In this document: piece by piece, positions 58,587 through 64,000 of the stretch | How positions within the stretch are numbered: position 1 is the stretch's first letter | Layout of the letters: each line of letters begins with the position of its first letter | The notes under the pieces: generated by a model | Told to the model about the DNA's origin: nothing | Databases searched by the model: none | The model's input: only the letters and a program-made list of their open reading frames with translations | Program-made: the position numbers and the translations under genes | Assembly: GCA_965116475.1 (NCBI GenBank) | Contig: OZ220691.1 | Coordinates: 640,001-704,000, forward strand | Direction of reading: 5' to 3' | From: Gemmatimonadota bacterium | Lineage (GTDB): Bacteria > Gemmatimonadota > Gemmatimonadetes > Palauibacterales > Palauibacteraceae | Length of the DNA: 64,000 nt

Positions 58587-58991
58587 TCAGGGCCAGACGG
58601 CGAGCACCACCGCCTGTCCGATGAGGGCGACGGCGTTGTAGCCGAGGCTCAGGAAGAAGATTCCGGGCTTGCGGTTCTCGTAGGCCACGCCCTGGTGTCC
58701 GACGTTGAGGACGAACCCGACCGTGACCAGCAGCCCGACATGGACCCCGATCATGGCGCCGGAGCCGCCCATCACGGCGATGAGCTGCGCCAGGACGTAG
58801 GCGGTAACGAGCGAGAGGACGAAGCTCGCCCCGTGCGTCTTCACCGGGTTGAAGTCCTTCTGGATCTCCTCCGCGGTGGTCTCCATGAGCGAGAGCCACT
58901 GCTTGCCGAAGATCGGGCCGTACCACAGGAAGCCGACGACCAGCGGAACGACTCCGGCGACCAGGATGGCGAGCCAGTTGACGTCTTGCAC
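58587..58991 (-). CDS. DUF1761 family membrane protein
   Basis: VNWLAILVA...GFLWYGP.FGK.W signature; AAGGAG RBS. Confidence 0.88.
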   Translation of the reverse strand: MQDVNWLAILVAGVVPLVVGFLWYGPIFGKQWLSLMETTAEEIQKDFNPVKTHGASFVLSLVTAYVLAQLIAVMGGSGAMIGVHVGLLVTVGFVLNVGHQGVAYENRKPGIFFLSLGYNAVALIGQAVVLAVWP

Positions 58992-58994
58992 GGT

Positions 58995-60995
58995 TTATCT
59001 CCTTTGGAGCGGGAGGTGGATCGCCGACGGGCGGGCGGCGGCGTGATGAATCGTGTTCTCCGCCGGGACCATGCGCGTATGGCGCCCGAGAGGTTCGCCC
59101 GTGTTGGGGTTCACATCGAAGCGAGGGTAGTTGGAACTCGAGATCTCGAGCCGGATGCGGTGGCCGGCCCGGAACAGGTTGGCGGTGGGAAAGAGCCGGA
59201 TCTCCATCTCGTAGACGTCTCCCGGCGTCATCAGCGTCTCGCGCTCGCGGGAATCCCGGTAGCGCGCGCGGAGGATCCCGTCCGTGATGTTGAGGTCGAA
59301 CCCGTCCGGGTAGTCGTCGTTGGGAGGATAGACGTCGACGAGCTTGGCGGTGAAGTCGGTGTCGGGCGCGCTGGACGAGGTCCACAGCGTGACGGAGACC
59401 GGGCCGATGACCTCCAGGTCCTCCGCCAGGGGCGCGGTCTCGAACACGAGCACGTCGGGCCGGTCGGCGGTGCGGCGGCCATCGACCTCGGAGGCGAAGA
59501 AGCCGTTCTCCGATCCACCCTCCAGCGAGCGGAAGGTGCGCTCGCGCTGGTCATAGCCCCCCCGCTTGAGGGCGCCGGAGAAGGCCCCGCCGATCGTCGG
59601 GACCGGGTGCTCCGGATCGTAGGTATAGGCGGTCGATCCCTCACCGCGGTTCGGCGGCTCGCGCGTGAGCCCGCCGCCCGCGCGGAGGTGGAAGGGCGTC
59701 GCTTCGGTGTCTTCGAGCGGCCAGGTCTGCGCGGTGCGCCACTCGCCGCCGTGGAAGAGGCGGCCGTTCTCGTCCCGGCGGCCGTCGCCGCCTCCCATGA
59801 CGAAGATCGTGACCGGGCCGGCGGCCTCGCCCGCCAGCCTGTCGTCGCTCTCGAACAGGTTGTTCGCGCGCTGCCCCCGGAGGTGCCGGTCGAACCAGCG
59901 CAGGTGAAACTCGCGCGAGAAGTCTTCCACCGCGGCCTCGGCCCCGAACTCGACGTCGCCCGCGTGGGAGCGGCTGTTCCCGCCGTGCGTCCACGGGCCC
60001 ATGAGGAGCGTCATGGGCGACGACTTCCGCCGCGAGAGTTCGATGAAGCTCTGGATCGTGCCCGGGGCGTAGGAGTCGTACCAGCCACCGACGTGCAGCA
60101 TCGGGACGTCCGACGTCTCGTCGTAGTACTCGACCCAGTTGCGGCCGATGCCCCGGAAATAGTCATCATAGTCGCCGTGGTTCTGCATCGTGAGGTAGTA
60201 GTCCTCGAAATTCGGCGCGGCGGCGAGCGGATTCTCCCCCTTTCGGAAGGGGGTGTCCGGGAACCAGTCCGATGGCGGCTCCTCGGCGAGGCGGAGGCGG
60301 ATCTCGGGGTCGTCCGCGACCGCCGCGAGCTGGAGGTGGGCCCAGCCGAGCTGCTGGCCGAGTTCGAACGCGCCGTGGTTGCGCACCTTGTGCGTCCACG
60401 CATCGGAGAGACCTCCCATCGTGAGCGCGAGCGTCCCGAGCCCGGGCGGGTTCAGCTTGGCGGCGTCGGCCTGCGTGTGCGCGCCGTAGGAGGTGCCCCA
60501 CATGCCCACGGAGGGTTCCGCGTAGTCGAGCCCCGTGATCCACTCGATGGTGTCGTAGCCGTCTGGCGCGTCGAACTCGTGGTACTTCTGGAAGGTGCCC
60601 TCGGAGGCGTAGAGCCCGCGCGTGTCCTGCAGCACGACGACGTAGCCGTGCGTCGCGAACCAGCGCGCCTGGTCCACGAGCCCGCGCGAGGTCTTGTCGT
60701 ACGGGGTCCGGTGGAGGAGGACGGAAAACGGCCCAGCGACGGGTTCGTACTCGCGGGACGGACGGTAGACGTCGGTCGCGAGGCGGATGCCGTCGCGCAT
60801 CTCCACCATGAGATCCGTCTCGACCTGGAGGGCGTCGTACGGTCCGCGCCCCGCCGCGTCGGCCGCTGCGTCCAGAGCTGCGTCCGTCCCCTCATCGGAG
60901 CGCGTCGCATCGCCGCAGGCCGCGAGCCACAGCGCTCCCAGCAGCATTGCCGGCAGCGTGCCCGGCAGCACCAGGGCGTCGGCGGCGCGCCTCAT
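58995..60995 (-). CDS. CocE/NonD (S15) hydrolase, lipoprotein
   Basis: MRDGIRLATDVYRP, RTPYDK, QDTRG, WGTSY, GGWYD, GPWTH, SSSNYPRF. Confidence 0.93.
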   Translation of the reverse strand: MRRAADALVLPGTLPAMLLGALWLAACGDATRSDEGTDAALDAAADAAGRGPYDALQVETDLMVEMRDGIRLATDVYRPSREYEPVAGPFSVLLHRTPYDKTSRGLVDQARWFATHGYVVVLQDTRGLYASEGTFQKYHEFDAPDGYDTIEWITGLDYAEPSVGMWGTSYGAHTQADAAKLNPPGLGTLALTMGGLSDAWTHKVRNHGAFELGQQLGWAHLQLAAVADDPEIRLRLAEEPPSDWFPDTPFRKGENPLAAAPNFEDYYLTMQNHGDYDDYFRGIGRNWVEYYDETSDVPMLHVGGWYDSYAPGTIQSFIELSRRKSSPMTLLMGPWTHGGNSRSHAGDVEFGAEAAVEDFSREFHLRWFDRHLRGQRANNLFESDDRLAGEAAGPVTIFVMGGGDGRRDENGRLFHGGEWRTAQTWPLEDTEATPFHLRAGGGLTREPPNRGEGSTAYTYDPEHPVPTIGGAFSGALKRGGYDQRERTFRSLEGGSENGFFASEVDGRRTADRPDVLVFETAPLAEDLEVIGPVSVTLWTSSSAPDTDFTAKLVDVYPPNDDYPDGFDLNITDGILRARYRDSRERETLMTPGDVYEMEIRLFPTANLFRAGHRIRLEISSSNYPRFDVNPNTGEPLGRHTRMVPAENTIHHAAARPSAIHLPLQRR

Positions 60996-62431
60996 GCGGG
61001 GGCGCCTGCGGGGGCGCCTGCGGGGGCGCCTGCCGGGGCGTCCGCCTGGGCCGTCGAGAGGGCGTCCACGAGGTCGTCGATGTGCGCGAGTTCGTCCACG
61101 CGCTCGAGCCGGTCCAGCGCCGCTTCGATCCGCGCGTCGTCCATCACGAGGCTCGCGCAGTCGCGGAACTTGTCGTGCAGTTCGTCCCGGGTGAGGGGCC
61201 GCTCGGGCCCGCCGGGATACGTGTCCGCCTCGGTGTGAAGCTCGGTCCCGTCGCGAAGCCGCACGTCGATTGCGCTCCGCATGCGGTCGTACCCGCGGGC
61301 GTCGATCTCCTCGTCGAACCGGACCGTCACGCGCCCCATCATGTCCGCCGCCTCGTCGGAGAGGACGAAGTCATCGTGGAACTCGCGGATCCCGGCCCGG
61401 CGCCTGAGGACGATACTCGAGAGGACGAAGGGGATGCAGAACTTCGCCTCGAGTTCGTTGTTCGGGCGCGGATACCGGAGGGGGTTCAGGATGTTGTGTC
61501 CGGCGCGGAAGGTGATGTGCGCGACGTCGTCGGGCTGGAGGTCGTGCTCCGTGACGAGTTCGAGCATGGCGGCCATGCTGGGGTGCCCGAGGCTCCCGGA
61601 GGGGAACGGCTTCACGGAGACGCCGGGGTCGAGCAGCGTGTACGGGGAGCCCAGGGCGCCGATCAGCCGCTCGGGTTCGAAGCCGCCGCCGAAGACGCGG
61701 AAAAAGCCCCACGGCGCCTCCAGCGCATCGTGCCCGGCGGTGAAGCCGCGGGCGGCGAGGTCGACCGCCAGGATGCCGTTTTCCGCCGCCCGGCCCGCGT
61801 GCAGCGGCTTCGTCATCGTGCCGAACCCGAGCCGGATGCCCGCCGAGAGGCTGGCCGCGATCCCGAGCGCCATCGCGAGATCGGCCGCCTCCAGCCCGGC
61901 GAGCTTCGCGGCCGTGGCGCAGGCGCCGAGCGTGCCGATCGTCGCCGTCGAGTGGAATCCTTCCATGTAGTGCCGCGGGTCGATCGCCTCGGCGATCTTG
62001 CACTCCACCTCGAACCCGATGAGGAAGGCCTCCAGGAACTCGGCCCCCGTGGCGCCTTCCCTCTCGGCCACCGCGTACCCCGCCGCGAGAGGCGCCACCG
62101 TCGGGTGGGTGAGGAGTCCGAAGATGCGGTCGGGCGCGTTCGAGAGCTGCGTGTCGTCGAAGTCCATCGCGTGGCCCGCCGTTCCGTTGGCGCGCGCCGC
62201 GAGCGATGCGGGGGCGCGCGCGTCCGGCGGACCGATGATCGTCGCCTGCGCGTTGCCGCCCTGAACCGCGATCTGGTCCTGGACGATGCGGGAACAGCCG
62301 TCCGTGGACCCGGCGAGGATCACCCCCGTCCCATCGGTGACGCAGCGCCGTCCCTCGGACAGCAGCCGCGCCGGGAAGTCGTCCATCTTCGTCTCGAGTA
62401 TGAAGTCGATGACCGCACGCGTCGCGCTCAC
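60992..62431 (-). CDS. MmgE/PrpD family protein
   Basis: ANG..GHAMDFDDT, THP, GFHST, TKPLHAG, EAKF motifs; GTGA overlap with tctA. Confidence 0.92.
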   Translation of the reverse strand: MSATRAVIDFILETKMDDFPARLLSEGRRCVTDGTGVILAGSTDGCSRIVQDQIAVQGGNAQATIIGPPDARAPASLAARANGTAGHAMDFDDTQLSNAPDRIFGLLTHPTVAPLAAGYAVAEREGATGAEFLEAFLIGFEVECKIAEAIDPRHYMEGFHSTATIGTLGACATAAKLAGLEAADLAMALGIAASLSAGIRLGFGTMTKPLHAGRAAENGILAVDLAARGFTAGHDALEAPWGFFRVFGGGFEPERLIGALGSPYTLLDPGVSVKPFPSGSLGHPSMAAMLELVTEHDLQPDDVAHITFRAGHNILNPLRYPRPNNELEAKFCIPFVLSSIVLRRRAGIREFHDDFVLSDEAADMMGRVTVRFDEEIDARGYDRMRSAIDVRLRDGTELHTEADTYPGGPERPLTRDELHDKFRDCASLVMDDARIEAALDRLERVDELAHIDDLVDALSTAQADAPAGAPAGAPAGAPA

Positions 62432-64000
62432 TCGCGTTCCTCTCGCCGGGGTTCGTTGTCGTGTGTGTGGGGTCCGCCGTGTGTGTCGGGTCCAGGTCCG
62501 GGTTCGGGTCCGGGTTCGGGCGCTCGCGTCCTCCCGGATATCAGGCGGCTGCGTACCGCCGGGGCCGCGAAGCTCACCACCGCCAGCAGGAGCAGCACCA
62601 AACCGATCGGGCTCTCCAGGAAGATCGAGTGCGACCCGGACGACAGGCTCAACGCTCGCCGATAGTTCGTCTCGATCATGGGACCGAGGATGAGGCCGAG
62701 CACCGCCGGCGCCAGCGGGTAGCCGCCTCGCAGCATAGCGAAGCCGACCAGCCCGAAGAAGAGGGCGGCCCACGCATCCGCCGCGTTGCCGCGGAGCGAG
62801 AAGGTGCCCACGAGCGAAATCGCCACGACGAGCGGCATCAGGATCGACGGCCGCAGCCGGACCACCCGGGTCCAGAGGGGGATCCCGAGGCGCCCCACGG
62901 CCAGCATGAGCAGCACCGCCACCACGAATCCCGCGTACAGCGCGTAGACGAGTTCCGAGCGCTCGGTCATGAGCAGCGGTCCGGGCGCCACGCCCTGCAC
63001 CGTGAGGCCCCCGAGGAGGACGGCGGCGCTGGCGGAACCGGGGATCCCGAGCGCGAGGAGCGGGATCATCGCCGCCCCCACGCACGAGTTGTTCGCCGCC
63101 TCCGGCGCCGCGATGCCCGCCGGCACGCCCGTCCCGAACCGCTCGGGCGTCTTCGAGACGCGACGTTCCTCGTTCCACGCGACGATGGAGGCGATCGTCG
63201 CCCCGGCCCCCGGGATGGCCCCGATCAGGCCCCCGATGGCGGATCCCCGCAGAATCGTGCGCCACAATCCGAACAGCTCGCGAGCCCCGGGGAGGGCGCC
63301 GGCGATGCCGCTTCCGGGGGGTGTCGACCTGCGGCGGCCGGTCACCGCCGCCAGCGCCTCCGCGATCGCAAAGAAGCCGATCAGCATCGGGACGAGCCCG
63401 AGACCGTCCATGAGCGCGGTCGTGCCGAACGTGAGGCGCGGGGCCCCTGTGAGCACGTCGAGCCCGACGATGAAGAAGAGGAGCCCGAGGAGCGCGCTCA
63501 CAATCCCCTTGAACGGATCCTTTCCCACCAGGTTCGCGACGATGGAGAGCCCGAACACGCCGAGCCCGAAGTACTCCGCCGGCCCGAAGGCGATCGCCGC
63601 CCGCGAGAGCGGCCCCAGCGCGAGGACGAGGACGATGGTGCCGAGGAGCCCGCCGCTCATGCTGGAAAAGAGGGAGATCCCGAGGGCGCGTCCCGCTTCG
63701 CCGCGCCGGGTCATGGCGTAGCCATCGAAGGTCGTGGCGAGGGCGGGCGAACTCCCCGGCACGCCGATCGCGATCGCGGTGATCGAACCGCCGTACTCCG
63801 CCGCCATGTAGATCGAGACCATCATCAGGAGCGCCGGCGTCGGGTCGAGGGCGAACGTGACGGGGAGGACGAGCGCGAGTCCCACCGTCGAACTCAGCCC
63901 CGGCATCGCACCCGCGAACACGCCGAGGAGGCTCCCGGCGAGGAGCGCCGCGAGGTTCCCCGGCTGGAGCGCCGTCAGCAGGCCGTCGAAGAACGCGGAC
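62428..64000 (-). CDS. tctA: Tripartite tricarboxylate transporter permease TctA, 5'-truncated by the window edge
   Basis: GAMPGL, EYGGSI, PEAANN, LGIPGS, PGPLL, LGLILGP motifs. Confidence 0.92.
   Translation of the reverse strand, partial: SAFFDGLLTALQPGNLAALLAGSLLGVFAGAMPGLSSTVGLALVLPVTFALDPTPALLMMVSIYMAAEYGGSITAIAIGVPGSSPALATTFDGYAMTRRGEAGRALGISLFSSMSGGLLGTIVLVLALGPLSRAAIAFGPAEYFGLGVFGLSIVANLVGKDPFKGIVSALLGLLFFIVGLDVLTGAPRLTFGTTALMDGLGLVPMLIGFFAIAEALAAVTGRRRSTPPGSGIAGALPGARELFGLWRTILRGSAIGGLIGAIPGAGATIASIVAWNEERRVSKTPERFGTGVPAGIAAPEAANNSCVGAAMIPLLALGIPGSASAAVLLGGLTVQGVAPGPLLMTERSELVYALYAGFVVAVLLMLAVGRLGIPLWTRVVRLRPSILMPLVVAISLVGTFSLRGNAADAWAALFFGLVGFAMLRGGYPLAPAVLGLILGPMIETNYRRALSLSSGSHSIFLESPIGLVLLLLAVVSFAAPAVRSRLISGRTRAPEPGPEPGPGPDTHGGPHTHDNEPRREERE

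Noticed and set aside
1..64000. tRNA, rRNA, CRISPR arrays, transposases, prophage genes
   Set aside because: None recognised by eye; intergenic spaces are short. A tRNAscan-SE/Infernal run would be needed to exclude small RNAs formally.

Overview
64 kb of high-GC bacterial chromosome. The gene content and protein style suggest Gemmatimonadota/FCB, but this is inference only. Housekeeping blocks: trpD, then lexA in the opposite orientation, then trpC-trpF-trpB (no trpA seen); truA-degP-purB-purC-purS-purQ-purL-purF-5'-nucleotidase; alr-cdd-lipoprotein-OM barrel-miaB-lapA-comEC-fbp; mazG; a cold-shock gene. These are interleaved with many secreted hydrolase and transport genes: two tandem TolB-propeller amidohydrolases, a TonB-dependent receptor, DUF885, S9/M24/CocE hydrolases and a TctA-PrpD module. 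No rRNA, tRNA, CRISPR array or transposase was recognised. Main hidden signals: (1) an AhpD-like peroxidase that the ORF track splits in two but that reads as one CxxU selenoprotein with a SECIS-like hairpin, sitting where trpA normally follows trpB; (2) four helically phased TTCGG repeats upstream of lexA, a candidate SOS operator; (3) strong enrichment of the Bacteroidota O-glycosylation motif D(S/T)(A/I/L/V/M/T) in exported proteins; (4) a CTG-initiated lipoprotein hydrolase and several probable leaderless genes; (5) a decayed ABC permease; (6) an inserted Schlafen/AlbA_2 gene; (7) pervasive short tandem duplications at gene boundaries.
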